Positions 10,097 to 20,050 of a stretch of DNA of 64,000 nucleotides are shown in pieces (the stretch's first letter is position 1; each line of letters opens with the position of its first letter). The DNA comes from an uncultured Chloroflexia bacterium (lineage in GTDB: Bacteria; Chloroflexota; Dehalococcoidia; DSTF01; JALHUB01): the NCBI GenBank assembly GCA_963726245.1, contig CAVSBT010000027.1, forward strand, positions 58,266 through 122,265. The letters run 5' to 3'. The translations under genes and the position numbers were made by a program. The notes beneath the pieces were generated by a model. It was not told the origin of the DNA. It made no database searches and saw only the letters and a list, made by a program, of their open reading frames with translations.

Positions 10097-10698
10097 GCGG
10101 CCGGTTGCGGCGGACCTTCCGGAGTGCTGGCCGGCACGACTGTGCTGCCGACGACTCGGTCGTGGAGGGCGCGGCGTCTGCCGTCCAGGAGTACGGAGCC
10201 AATAGCCAGGAAGGGAGCGACCACCGACAAGAAGACCAGGGCCAGGGTTACCACCAGGACCGCCGCGCTGAGGGTCACCGAGGTGGCCACGGCCGCCGTC
10301 AGCAACCACAGAAGAGCCAGAAAGGGGTGAAAGAGCAAGGGGTGCAGCAGAAGGAAGCGGAGCACGCATTTGCCCAGGCCAAGCGGTCGCCCGTCCTCGC
10401 CCACCACCTTGATGTCGGCGACGTACTTGCCCACGGTCTGGCCTCGCCAGCGGCAGAGGACGACGTTGAAGGCGAGCCAGAGAGGAATGACCGCCAGCGC
10501 GATGGCCACTATGGCGTAGAACGAGGAATCAGGTGGGTCATTGTCGCCGAAGTCGCTGGCAATGAGGAGCTGGAGGCCCGCCACGGCCAGAAAGAGGAGG
10601 CTGAAGGAGAGGAGGACGACGCTGTCCACCACAAAAGCCACCAGCCGCGCCTCCAGGCGGGCTCTGCGGAGAGTGGGGACGGTGGAGGCTGTCGTCAA
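10093..10698 (-). CDS. RDD family membrane protein
   Basis: RLVAFVVD, GQTVGK...IKVV, RRALHDRVVGSTVV. Confidence 0.88.
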   Translation of the reverse strand: MTTASTVPTLRRARLEARLVAFVVDSVVLLSFSLLFLAVAGLQLLIASDFGDNDPPDSSFYAIVAIALAVIPLWLAFNVVLCRWRGQTVGKYVADIKVVGEDGRPLGLGKCVLRFLLLHPLLFHPFLALLWLLTAAVATSVTLSAAVLVVTLALVFLSVVAPFLAIGSVLLDGRRRALHDRVVGSTVVPASTPEGPPQPAA

Positions 10699-10840
10699 CG
10701 CGGGCTCTCCCTCCTGGGGACCGGCAGGTGCGGCGTTCGGGGGCGATTATAGCACGGCTCTCCGGCGTCCCCGAAGGGGCTTGCGGCGGTTGCTGCGGCG
10801 TCAGCGCCGGTGCTAAGTTGTGTTCACTGCTGGAGGCCTC

Positions 10841-12100
10841 ATGTCGGACCGCCGCTCGCGCCGGGTTGCTCTGCTCGTGCTTCTCTTTGCCGTTGGGGCG
10901 GCCCTGGCCGGCGGCTGGCTGGTCACCGCCGCCATGGACCTGCCCAACGGGCCCGACGACTACAACCTGGTGCAGTGGGAGGTCCGCCACTTCCCCAACA
11001 AGTGGCTCTACCAGATCGGCACGCTACTCCGAGGCGGGCCCGACGAGGTGGAGAAGACCCAGCGCCTGGAGCGATTCCTAGCCCTCAACGCCGAGATCAC
11101 GTCGCTGGAGAGCGAGGCGGCCTCATCCCAGGGATCCGACGGCTCCGCTGGGGAGAAACCAGCCATCACCGACCAGTTGGCGGCGGCACGCCAGGAGCGA
11201 GACGGGCTGAAGAACACCGTGGAGGCCGTCCTGGAGGAGCGAGTGTCCCAGGCGGCCAGGGAAGCGGGACTGGAGAGCTCCTTCCCCTTCTTCCCGAAGG
11301 CACACTGGCTCTTCCCGCCCATAGACTTCGAGTTCGCCTCGCCGCCCAACGTGCTGGCCATCTCGCCCCGCGACCGCATCTACCTCGAAAGCACGCGGCT
11401 CCTGAAGAGCGACCTCACCCTGGAGGACGTCGACAGGGTGGAGCAGTACTGGGAGGCGAAGGGGGTGTCAGCGCTGGTGGTCGGCACCGGCGGCGTCGGC
11501 ACGTATCCCAGCGTCGTACCTCCCGAGGCCGACTACGGCGATCTGCTGGCGACCGTGTCCCACGAGTGGATGCACCAGTACCTCTTCTTCCGCCCGCTGG
11601 GCTCGCGCTACTTCCGCGACCCGTCCCTCGCGACTATCAACGAGACCGTGGCCAACATGGCCGGTCGTGAGCTGGGGGCGATGGTGGCGCGGCGCTACCC
11701 CCTCTCCGCAGGCCCCTCCGCCTCGCAGGCGACTCCCCCCGCCGCAGCGAGCCCGACGGCGACGCAGTCCGGCCCCGCGTTCGACTTCAACCAGGTGATG
11801 AGAGATCTAAGGCGGAATGTGGACAGCCTGCTCGCCGAGGGGAAGGTGACGGAGGCGGAGTCGCTCATGGAGGAGACGCGCCAGTTGCTGGCCAGCCACG
11901 GCTACTACATCCGGCGCATCAACCAGGCCTATTTCGCCTTCCACGGTCTCTACGCCGATACGCCGGCGTCCAGCAGCCCCATCGGCCCCAAGCTCGAGGA
12001 GCTGCGGCGGCGCAGCGCATCGCTGGGCGATTTTGTCCATGCTGCGGCCCGCCTCACCAGTGAGACCGACTTGGACCGCCTACTGGCCGGCGGAGGCTAG
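10841..12100 (+). CDS. Membrane-anchored putative zinc metallopeptidase (HExxH...E)
   Basis: N-terminal TM helix; HEWMH followed by NETVA; RRINQAYFAF. Confidence 0.65.
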   Translation: MSDRRSRRVALLVLLFAVGAALAGGWLVTAAMDLPNGPDDYNLVQWEVRHFPNKWLYQIGTLLRGGPDEVEKTQRLERFLALNAEITSLESEAASSQGSDGSAGEKPAITDQLAAARQERDGLKNTVEAVLEERVSQAAREAGLESSFPFFPKAHWLFPPIDFEFASPPNVLAISPRDRIYLESTRLLKSDLTLEDVDRVEQYWEAKGVSALVVGTGGVGTYPSVVPPEADYGDLLATVSHEWMHQYLFFRPLGSRYFRDPSLATINETVANMAGRELGAMVARRYPLSAGPSASQATPPAAASPTATQSGPAFDFNQVMRDLRRNVDSLLAEGKVTEAESLMEETRQLLASHGYYIRRINQAYFAFHGLYADTPASSSPIGPKLEELRRRSASLGDFVHAAARLTSETDLDRLLAGGG

Positions 12101-12103
12101 CCA

Positions 12104-12331
12104 CTATTCGACCGTAATGCTCCGGCGTCGGCGGCTGCGGCCACCTTCCTTCTCGTCCAGACGCTGCAGAGCCGCCTCCACCATGCTGCGGAGAGCCAGC
12201 AGTGTTTCTCGTCGCGCATCCAGGAGGTGGCCCCGGGCCTCCGGCGAGAAGGCCCGGAAGGCGGGCTTGTGGATGCGGAGGCTAAGGCCCTCCTCTGGGG
12301 AGTACTCGCACTCAAAGAACTTCTCCGCCAT
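12104..12331 (-). CDS. Small hypothetical protein downstream of the ArsA-like ATPase
   Basis: AAGGAGG RBS then ATG; amphipathic helix HLLDARRETLLALRSMVEAAL. Confidence 0.7.
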   Translation of the reverse strand: MAEKFFECEYSPEEGLSLRIHKPAFRAFSPEARGHLLDARRETLLALRSMVEAALQRLDEKEGGRSRRRRSITVE

Positions 12332-12391
12332 GATGGCCTCCTTTTGCGAGTGACTTGTCGGTTTATCGAAGTACCCCTCTTCCGCCAGTCC

Positions 12392-12464
12392 TGTCATTCT
12401 GAGTCCGCCGCAGGCGGACGAAGAATCTGGCCCACGGAGACCCTTCGCTTCGCTCAGGGTGACA
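12392..12464. repeat. Dispersed palindromic (REP-like) element, copy 1
   Basis: TGTCATTCTGAG-TCCGCC..GGCGGA-CGAAGAATCT...AGACCCTTCGCTTCGCTCAGGGTGACA; near-identical to 44401-44470. Confidence 0.85.
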
Positions 12465-12488
12465 GACTAGGAAGGGTTCATCAAAGAG

Positions 12489-13661
12489 TCACGATTCCGG
12501 CCGAGTGAAACGGATGCTCAGCCGGTCGCCCTCCAGCTTGGCCCCCTGGCTCTCCATGCCCACGAGAGCCCGGGGCAGGATGATGTTGCGCTTGAAGTTC
12601 CCCACTTCCACTATCAGTTCGTCTCCCGCCTGCGAGAGACTGATCTCTTCCTTCGTGATGAAGGGCACGGTCAGGGTTAGGACGTACTGGCCGTCCTCCT
12701 GACGGAACTCGTCGACCTGCCCCTGGTGCAGGACAGCGGTGGGGTCAATCGCGCCGTACACCGCCTCGCCGAGCCGCTCCAGCATGGGCAGGCCCACCAC
12801 TTCCTGCTCCATCAGGGGAGCCTTGAGGATGGGCAGAGGCGCGAAGGCCTCCTGCACCTGCTGGAGGTAGCGCTCCTGGGTCTCCTTCCAGGCCTGGAAG
12901 TAGCTGTCGCTGACCTCCTCTGGGATGACGCGGTTGCAGACCACCAGGTCGGTCGCGTAGCCGTAGAGGTTCAGGTAGGTGTAAGTGCGCTGGGCCTCCT
13001 TGATCACCATCTTCTCCGGGTTGAGCACCAGCCGCACCGACGACGTGGCCGGGTCGGTCAGTATGACGCGCATGTCTTCCAGCTTGGCGAAGAGCTCCTT
13101 GGCGGCCGAGAACACCTCGTCGTCAGGCAGGGGTAGATCCGTCACACGTCGCAGTACGGGCCGGGCGATGCGGGCCGCCACCCTCTCGATGGGGAAGATG
13201 CGGTGCATCCACCAGCGCGCCACTTCGGGGAAGCTCAGGAGGCGGAGCGTCTCCCCCGTCGGCGCGCAATCAACGACGATGAGGTCGTACTTGCCCTGGT
13301 CGTGATAGTTGATGAGGTAGAGGAGGCCCGCCAGCTCCTCCATGCCCGGCAGCACCGCCATCTCCTCCGCCACCACTTCGTCCAGCCCTCGCCAGGCCAT
13401 GAGGACCTTGAGCCAGTCCTGGAGCGTGCCCCAGTGGCGGTCGATCTCCCTGAAAACGTCGAGCTCCTGGCCCCAGAGGTTATCGGAGATGAGGGCCGGC
13501 TCGCCGCCCAGGGGCTGGTCGAAGCTGTCGCCCAGGCTGTGCGCGGCGTCCGTGCTCATGACCAGGGTGCGATGGCCCAGGTGAGCGGCGCGCAGGGCAG
13601 TGGCAGCCGCCACGCTGGTCTTGCCCACGCCTCCCTTGCCGGTGTAGAGGATGATGCGCAT
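12489..13661 (-). CDS. ArsA/Get3 family ATPase with C-terminal HSP20-like extension
   Basis: GKGGVGKT, STDAAHSL, PGMEE, DCAPTGET; C-terminal ELIVEVGNFKRNIILPRAL...AKLEGDRLSIRF. Confidence 0.9.
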   Translation of the reverse strand: MRIILYTGKGGVGKTSVAAATALRAAHLGHRTLVMSTDAAHSLGDSFDQPLGGEPALISDNLWGQELDVFREIDRHWGTLQDWLKVLMAWRGLDEVVAEEMAVLPGMEELAGLLYLINYHDQGKYDLIVVDCAPTGETLRLLSFPEVARWWMHRIFPIERVAARIARPVLRRVTDLPLPDDEVFSAAKELFAKLEDMRVILTDPATSSVRLVLNPEKMVIKEAQRTYTYLNLYGYATDLVVCNRVIPEEVSDSYFQAWKETQERYLQQVQEAFAPLPILKAPLMEQEVVGLPMLERLGEAVYGAIDPTAVLHQGQVDEFRQEDGQYVLTLTVPFITKEEISLSQAGDELIVEVGNFKRNIILPRALVGMESQGAKLEGDRLSIRFTRPES

Positions 13662-13886
13662 CGACGAGGATTCTCCAGGCCCGGCTCTCCGGCCTTCCAC
13701 CGCCGGCCTCCGCGGCCTGCTCACTATCGGCGAGAGGCCGGCGAAGGCTCATAGCCCACGTACATTATAAGCCCTGCCTCAGGCCGGCGGCGGCAGCGGC
13801 GGACCGGGCCGCAAAGCTCATCCTACGGATGATGTCGCCTCCAGAACGCGACACGCGTGCTGCTGGAAGCCTGCTGCTGAGGGCTC

Positions 13887-16004
13887 TTAGCCCCTCAGGC
13901 GGTAGGGGATGCCGACGACGACCGTATCAGGCCTCGAGAGAAGGATCCTTTTGAGGGGTATGGACGACTGATTGTGCAGGATGCCTTGCCAGAAATGGCT
14001 GGGCACAAGCTCGGGCAGTACCACCGTGATCGTCTCGCCGGGGTATGAACGGTCTATGGCGTCGATGTAGGTCAGGATGGGGGCGATGAAGGAGCGGAAG
14101 GGCGACTCGATGATGACAAGGGGGACGTCAGGAATCACCTCTTCCCAGCGCTGACGCATCTCCTCGGCCTCTGCCGCGTCGTCGCTGACGTGGAGAGCGG
14201 TGACGTTCTCCGACACAGAGCGCGCATACTCTACTGTCCTGCGCACGGCTTCGGTCACGTCGTCCACGGGCACCAGCACCACCTGGTTGTGCTCGCGAAC
14301 GGCCCGGCTGGCCGCCGGCGCCTTGGCCGGCAGCGTCACCTCTAGCTGTCGGTCCACCCGGCGGTAGTGGCGGCGAATGGAGGTGAAGAGATAGATGAGG
14401 AATCCGATGCCCAGGAGGCTGATCCAGGCCCCGTGCGTGAACTTGGTGGAGGCGATGATCAGCGCCACCAGGCCCGTCGCGATGGCGCCCACGCCGTTGA
14501 TGACGATGCTCCGGTGCCAGCCGGCTTCGCGGAGCTTCCACCAGTGAACAACCATCCCGCTCTGGGAGAGCGTGAACGAGAGGAAGACGCCAAGGGCGTA
14601 GAGAGGGATCAGGCGGTTCGTGTCTGCAGCGAAGACCACCAGCAGGATGCTGGCGAGAATGGCCAGAGCGCCGATACCGTGGGAGAAGTTAAGCCGATCG
14701 CCGCGGAAGGCGAACTGCCGCGGCAGAAACCCGTCGCGCGCCAGGATCGAGGCCAGGCGGGGGAAGTCGGCGAAGCTGGTGTTGGCGGCCAGTACCAGGA
14801 TCATGGTGGTGGACGCCTGCACCAGGTAGTACAGCGGCGTGGACCCAAAGGTGGCCTTGGCGATCTGGGAGGGCACTGTCTGGGTCGCGAGGGGCATGAC
14901 GTGCATCTGGTGAGCCAGCACCGACACGCCAACGAAGAGAAAGGCCAGGATGCCGGCCATCCAGGCCAGCGTAGTGGCGGCGTTGCGTGATTCCGGCTGC
15001 TTGAAGGCCGGCACGCCGTTGGAAATGGCCTCCACGCCTGTCAAAGCCGCCGACCCGGAGGCGAAGGCGCGAAGGATCAGGAACACGCCCAGGGACTGGG
15101 TGGCCACGACTTGCCCCGCTTCCGGCGCCGAGGCAGCCTCCACACCGCCGAAGAACGCCCGCACCAGTCCCACGACGATCATGAGTCCAAAACTGAAGAT
15201 GAACAGGTAGGTAGGGGCCGCGAAGATCGTCCCGGATTCCCGCACCCCGCGCAGGTTGCCAAGCATGATCAGTCCCACAAAGAAGACTGCCAGGAAGACA
15301 CGCTCGTCGTGGAGGGACGGCGCCGCCGAGGTGATGGCGGCCACACCGGCCGCTATGCTCACCGCGACAGTGAGGACGTAGTCGACCATGAGCGCGCCCG
15401 CTGCGGTGAGGCCGGGCATCGTGCCGAGGTTGGCCCTGGCCACGATGTAGGCGCCGCCGCCGCTGGGATAGGCCCGCACGGTCTGCCGGTAGGAGAAGGC
15501 CACGATCATGAGGAGGAGCGTGATGGCGCCAGCGATTGGGAGCAAAGATCCCAGGGCGCCCGAGCCGGCCAGCACCAGGATGAGCAGGATCGCTTCCGTA
15601 GCGTAGGCGCTGGATGAGATGGCGTCGGAGGAGAAGATGGCCAGCGCCTTGACCTTGGTTAGGCGCTCGTAGGGTAGCTGGGCGGTTGACAGAGGCGTCC
15701 CGAGCAGCCGGCGCTTGAACTGGCGCCACACCGCCTCTACGGCAGTGCGTGGCCGTATCGCCGCCTCCGTGGCCTGGAGAACATCGGGTCCCAGCGAGCG
15801 GAAGGGCTGCTTGCTGCGTGGAACGACGCGGACATACCGTGAGCCTGGCTTCAGCCCTTTGTGGACCTCGTGTAGCTCCAGCCCCGGGATCAGGGGTTCC
15901 CGTCGCCGAGGCACGCGGTAGCGGCCGTAGCCCTCCAGGTTGTCTTTCTTGACTGGAGAGCCCTCTTCAGGCGCTATGTTAGGCTCCGAATTGGACGATT
16001 CCAT
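13887..16004 (-). CDS. APC family permease, KimA/YdaO-like potassium transporter
   Basis: SSDAISSSAYATE, YPSGGGAY, LTGVEAISNGVP, FPRLASILARDGFLPRQF, C-terminal ESPFRS...HNQS. Confidence 0.85.
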   Translation of the reverse strand: MESSNSEPNIAPEEGSPVKKDNLEGYGRYRVPRRREPLIPGLELHEVHKGLKPGSRYVRVVPRSKQPFRSLGPDVLQATEAAIRPRTAVEAVWRQFKRRLLGTPLSTAQLPYERLTKVKALAIFSSDAISSSAYATEAILLILVLAGSGALGSLLPIAGAITLLLMIVAFSYRQTVRAYPSGGGAYIVARANLGTMPGLTAAGALMVDYVLTVAVSIAAGVAAITSAAPSLHDERVFLAVFFVGLIMLGNLRGVRESGTIFAAPTYLFIFSFGLMIVVGLVRAFFGGVEAASAPEAGQVVATQSLGVFLILRAFASGSAALTGVEAISNGVPAFKQPESRNAATTLAWMAGILAFLFVGVSVLAHQMHVMPLATQTVPSQIAKATFGSTPLYYLVQASTTMILVLAANTSFADFPRLASILARDGFLPRQFAFRGDRLNFSHGIGALAILASILLVVFAADTNRLIPLYALGVFLSFTLSQSGMVVHWWKLREAGWHRSIVINGVGAIATGLVALIIASTKFTHGAWISLLGIGFLIYLFTSIRRHYRRVDRQLEVTLPAKAPAASRAVREHNQVVLVPVDDVTEAVRRTVEYARSVSENVTALHVSDDAAEAEEMRQRWEEVIPDVPLVIIESPFRSFIAPILTYIDAIDRSYPGETITVVLPELVPSHFWQGILHNQSSIPLKRILLSRPDTVVVGIPYRLRG

Positions 16005-16109
16005 CGTGGCCGGCCTGCGTCAAGTTTACAGCAAAGTCCCTTGAATCGAAGCGGGGTCAGCGACTTCGCCGGCCCCCCTCCACGTTGAGCCCTCGTCTCG
16101 AGGCAAGGT

Positions 16110-18815
16110 CTAGTGTATCCCTGGGTAGGGGAGCAGGGTTGGCGTGACGGTTGGGGTGCGCGTTGGCTTCCCTTCGTCGGCGCCCGGAGTCGGTGTGGCA
16201 GCGGTTCCCACTCCCAAGGTGATGCTGTCGGCAAGGAAGCCGCGTGTTTGGTCTTGCACCACCAGCCGGACAGTGTAGGTGCCGGGCTCCAGTTCGCTGG
16301 CGTCCAGCGTGCCAAGAGTTCCGTCGATCACCGTCTGGGTGGAGCGGCTGATGACCGTCCAGCGCAGCGGGCTATCCCCCTGGCCGTACTCCAGGCGGTA
16401 GGAGCGGAAGCCGGGCGTGTCCGTCGAGCCCTTGATAGTGATGACGCCTCTAACGGTGGAGTCGGCGGGCGGCCAGGTGATGGCGACGCCCTTTGACTGC
16501 GACGCATCGGGTCCAAGGGGGCTCTCTACGGTGGGGGCGAGCGCCACACCCAGCGCTTTCGCCCACTCCTCCGCCTGCTGACGGCTCACACCCTGGAGAT
16601 CCGGCGGCAGGACGATGAAGACCTGTTCCTGCACGTACTTGGCGGGCGTCCGGCTGGTGGCCAGTAGGCCGTTGCGCGAGTCCACCTTTATCGGCTGCCA
16701 CCAGTTGTCCTGCTCCTTGGGAACGCTGTCGGCGGCGAAGATGTCCTGCGTGGTCTTGCCGCAGTACTTGGACGGCAGCTTCCCGGAGGGGACGCAGACG
16801 GTGGCTGTCACCACCCCGTCGGGCCTCTCGAAGGCCTTATCTGGGACGCCTTCCAGGGCGGCCTGCATGAAGTCGCGGAGGGCGCGCCAGGATATGGAAG
16901 TGCTGGTGATGTTCACCATCGGCGAGTTGTCGGCGTTGCCCGCCCAGACGCCCGCCGCCAGGTCGGGCGTGTAGCCCAGGGCCCAGGTGTCACCGATGGC
17001 GTGGCTGTTCTCGTAGGGTTCGCTGGTGCCTGTCTTCATGGCGGCGGTCCGGCCGATGTTGAGGCCCCCGCAGCCGAAGGTAGCGCACTGGGCCTGGGGG
17101 TCGCTGAGGATGTTCGTCACCAGGTAGGTCTGCGCGGCCGGCGCGACGCGCTCCTCCTGTCGGTCCGGCTCAAAGACCACCTCGCCCTTGCTGTTCTCCA
17201 CCTTGAGGATGGCGATGGGGTCTAGCGGGCGGTTGCCCTCCGGCAGGCCGAGAATGCTCGGCATGCCCTTCATCACGCCGTCGTTCGCGAAGACCGAGTA
17301 CCCGAATGTCATGTCCAGGACGTTAACGTCCACGCCGCCGATGGTGATCGACGGGCCGTAGCTGCCGGTCAGAGTAGTGATACCCATCCGTTTGGCCGTG
17401 GTGACGATGTTGTCGACGCCGGCGGCCATGGCCACCTTGAAAGCGGGCACGTTGAGGGAGGCGCCCAGGGCCTCGCGAATAGTGATGGGCCCCTTGAAGT
17501 CACCGCTGGGGTTACGCGGCGTGAACATCGTTCCGTCGGGGTTCGGATAGCTGATCGGCGTGTCCAGGACCAGTGTGCCCGGTCCCCACCCCAACTGCGT
17601 GAAGGCGGTGAGATAGGTGAAGGGTTTGAATGAGGAGCCGGGCGAGTTCTCCGCCAGCGCCATGTCGTTGCGGCCCAGGATATCGTCCCGGAAGTAGTCG
17701 CGGCTGCCGACATAAGCCAGGATCTCGCCCGTCTTGGGGTCGATCGCCACCATGGCGCCGTTGTGACCGTTGGAGGTCTCCTCGAACTCCGATATCCACT
17801 TCTCGAGCGCCGCCTCCGCCTTCTGTTCAAGGTCCAGGTCCAGGGTGGTGGTGATCTTCAGGCCGCCCCTGTAGAGAGCCGCTCGACCAAGCAACTCCTC
17901 TGCCTGGGGCTGGACGTAGTCGAGGACGAAGTGTGGCGCCTGGATGGGGAAGCGTTGCGGGGCGAGCTTCAGAGGCTCGAGCTTTGCGGTGTAGGCTTCG
18001 AGGAGGGTGATCTTTCCGCGTTCCAACATAAGGTCCAGGACCTGAGCCCGGCGCTCCAGCGCCGCCTCCGGGTTGTTCACAGGCTCGTAGCGGGCCGGCG
18101 AAGCGGGGATGCCGGCCAGGAGGGCCGCCTCGGCCAGAGTCAGATCGCGGGCCGACTTGCCGAAGTAACCTTGAGAAGCTGCCTCGACGCCGTTGTAGAG
18201 GCCTCCGTAGGGGATCTGGTTCAGGTACCACTCCAGGATCTGGTCCTTGGAGTAGCGGCGCGTAAGCTCCAGGGCATACACGGTCTCCTTCAGCTTGCGG
18301 GAGATGGAGCGCTCGGACCGCTCCTCCTCCGGGATGTACACGTTCTTCACCAACTGCTGGGTGATGGAACTGCCGCCGGTCCCCTGGAGGAACCCCAGTC
18401 GCCCCGGGAGGAAGTTCTCAAAGGCGGCGCGTATGAGCCCTTTCACGTTGACGCCGGGGTTGGAGTAGAAACTGGAGTCCTCGGTGGCGATGGTGGCATC
18501 GATGAGATAGGGTGACACCTCGGACAGAGGGACGGGGCTTCGCAAGCCCGACAGGTCGTCGACGAACTCGTACAGCAGGCGCCCGTTTCGGTCGTAGATC
18601 TTGGCCCCGCCGGATGACTGCTGGGCCAGCACCTGATCCGGGGGCAGCAGGTCGCGGCTGTAGATCTGATACACGGCGATGCCCCCGACGACGGCTGTGA
18701 TGGCGCCCGCCACGAACAGGCCGCCCAGGACGAGGACCAGCATTAACCATACGGGCCTGTGGTGTCCGTTGCGGCGCCGCGTCCGCCATCGACGCAGTGT
18801 CGTTGTGCTAGCCAT
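16110..18815 (-). CDS. Class A penicillin-binding protein (transglycosylase/transpeptidase) with C-terminal extension
   Basis: ATEDSSF, GGSSITQQLVKN, RKLKE, SSFK (SxxK), SLN, KTGT. Confidence 0.93.
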   Translation of the reverse strand: MASTTTLRRWRTRRRNGHHRPVWLMLVLVLGGLFVAGAITAVVGGIAVYQIYSRDLLPPDQVLAQQSSGGAKIYDRNGRLLYEFVDDLSGLRSPVPLSEVSPYLIDATIATEDSSFYSNPGVNVKGLIRAAFENFLPGRLGFLQGTGGSSITQQLVKNVYIPEEERSERSISRKLKETVYALELTRRYSKDQILEWYLNQIPYGGLYNGVEAASQGYFGKSARDLTLAEAALLAGIPASPARYEPVNNPEAALERRAQVLDLMLERGKITLLEAYTAKLEPLKLAPQRFPIQAPHFVLDYVQPQAEELLGRAALYRGGLKITTTLDLDLEQKAEAALEKWISEFEETSNGHNGAMVAIDPKTGEILAYVGSRDYFRDDILGRNDMALAENSPGSSFKPFTYLTAFTQLGWGPGTLVLDTPISYPNPDGTMFTPRNPSGDFKGPITIREALGASLNVPAFKVAMAAGVDNIVTTAKRMGITTLTGSYGPSITIGGVDVNVLDMTFGYSVFANDGVMKGMPSILGLPEGNRPLDPIAILKVENSKGEVVFEPDRQEERVAPAAQTYLVTNILSDPQAQCATFGCGGLNIGRTAAMKTGTSEPYENSHAIGDTWALGYTPDLAAGVWAGNADNSPMVNITSTSISWRALRDFMQAALEGVPDKAFERPDGVVTATVCVPSGKLPSKYCGKTTQDIFAADSVPKEQDNWWQPIKVDSRNGLLATSRTPAKYVQEQVFIVLPPDLQGVSRQQAEEWAKALGVALAPTVESPLGPDASQSKGVAITWPPADSTVRGVITIKGSTDTPGFRSYRLEYGQGDSPLRWTVISRSTQTVIDGTLGTLDASELEPGTYTVRLVVQDQTRGFLADSITLGVGTAATPTPGADEGKPTRTPTVTPTLLPYPGIH

Positions 18816-19563
18816 GTCTCCCCTCAGCGCGCGGCCCTTCTTTCTCCAACACCAGGAAGTGGGAGAGGCCAAAGACGCGCAGCGGGCTCTTCTCCAGGCG
18901 GTGGAAGACGGCCTTCAACAGCCGCCCCAACGAGGCGCTTCGGGCCGCGATGTTGTCGAAGCCGGCAAAGACGTAGGTGTGGACGATCACTCGCGCCTCC
19001 AAGCCCGCCATCAGGCGCCGCAGGTCCCCTGACAGGTAGGCCCGAGCATGGGGTGCCAGGCGCCGGCGCAAGAAGCCCGGCAAGTAGTTTACCAGGGGCA
19101 TGTTGCCGAAGACATAGCGGTGCCCCAGGTAGATGCCGTGGGTCTCGAAGGGATAGAGGCGGTTCGGCGCGTAGATGACGATGCGGCCGCCGGGAGCCGT
19201 CACCCGGCAGGCCTCCCGCAGTGTGGAGGCATCGTCGCGGACGTGCTCGATGACCTCATTCAGGAGGACCACGTCAAATGTGCTATCGCGGAAGGGCAGG
19301 TGCTCGGCGGCCGCCACGGCCAGCCCGGGGAGGCTTTGGGCGCCCCGGCGCAGGCGCCCTGCTTCGATGTCGACGCCGTAGACTCGATCGGAGAGCTCTC
19401 GCAGCTTGCTGACGTAGGTCCCTATGCCGCAGCCGACGTCGAGGATGCGGCGGCCCTCCAGCGAAGCGTAGCGTTTGATGAGAGCCAGACGGCGGTCCTG
19501 TCCGGACCGCCAGACGTAGCTGGGGTGGCCCAGGGCGACCACCCGCTCGGGAGCCTCGATCAT
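18808..19563 (-). CDS. Class I SAM-dependent methyltransferase
   Basis: ILDVGCGIG, LPFRDSTFDVV, EVIEHV; 3' end overlaps the PBP start. Confidence 0.88.
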   Translation of the reverse strand: MIEAPERVVALGHPSYVWRSGQDRRLALIKRYASLEGRRILDVGCGIGTYVSKLRELSDRVYGVDIEAGRLRRGAQSLPGLAVAAAEHLPFRDSTFDVVLLNEVIEHVRDDASTLREACRVTAPGGRIVIYAPNRLYPFETHGIYLGHRYVFGNMPLVNYLPGFLRRRLAPHARAYLSGDLRRLMAGLEARVIVHTYVFAGFDNIAARSASLGRLLKAVFHRLEKSPLRVFGLSHFLVLEKEGPRAEGRHG

Positions 19564-19676
19564 AGAAATCCCAGACTGTCCTCCGCCAACCACTTATCCT
19601 AGCAGACGATCCCAGCCAGTTCAACGCGCCGGAAGAGCAGGACGGCCCGCTTCCCTGTACCTGCCCCTCGGACCGG

Positions 19677-19686
19677 TGCTATAATC
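19677..19686 (+). promoter_or_regulatory. Extended -10 promoter element for gatCA
   Basis: TGCTATAAT about 30 nt upstream of the gatC TTG. Confidence 0.55.
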
Positions 19687-19717
19687 CAGCCAATCCTATT
19701 ACGGAGGAAGCGCCAGG

Positions 19718-20005
19718 TTGGGTCTCACCCGCGAAGAGGTCTTGCACATCGCCCGTCTGGCGCGCGTCGGGCTCAGCGAGGAGGATGTGGCCAGGTTCCA
19801 GGAGCAGCTCTCCGAGATCCTGGACCATTTCGACGTCCTGCGGCAGGTAGACACGGAGTCTGTGCCGCCCACTTCTCACACCCTCGACTTGCAGAACGTC
19901 ACCAGCGCCGACCAGGTCCGCGACTCTTTCCCGCGGGAGGATATCCTGGCCAACGCCCCCCTGCCGGAGGAGGGCTTCCTCCGCGTGCGGGCGGTGCTGG
20001 AGTAG
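19718..20005 (+). CDS. gatC: Asp/Glu-tRNA amidotransferase subunit C
   Basis: LTREEVLHIARLAR...PTSH...ILANAP...FLRV; precedes gatA. Confidence 0.95.
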   Translation: MGLTREEVLHIARLARVGLSEEDVARFQEQLSEILDHFDVLRQVDTESVPPTSHTLDLQNVTSADQVRDSFPREDILANAPLPEEGFLRVRAVLE

Positions 20006-20050
20006 GGCGCAAACGCTTCTTCGCCATCCGGCCGCTGGAGGGAGGGAGTC

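Noticed and set aside
12489-13661. Arsenite resistance ATPase
   Set aside because: Single ATPase domain with HSP20-like tail and no ars operon; fits the Get3-like group better.
16005-16110. c-di-AMP (ydaO) riboswitch upstream of the KimA-like permease
   Set aside because: The gap is only about 100 nt and I do not see the conserved motif elements.
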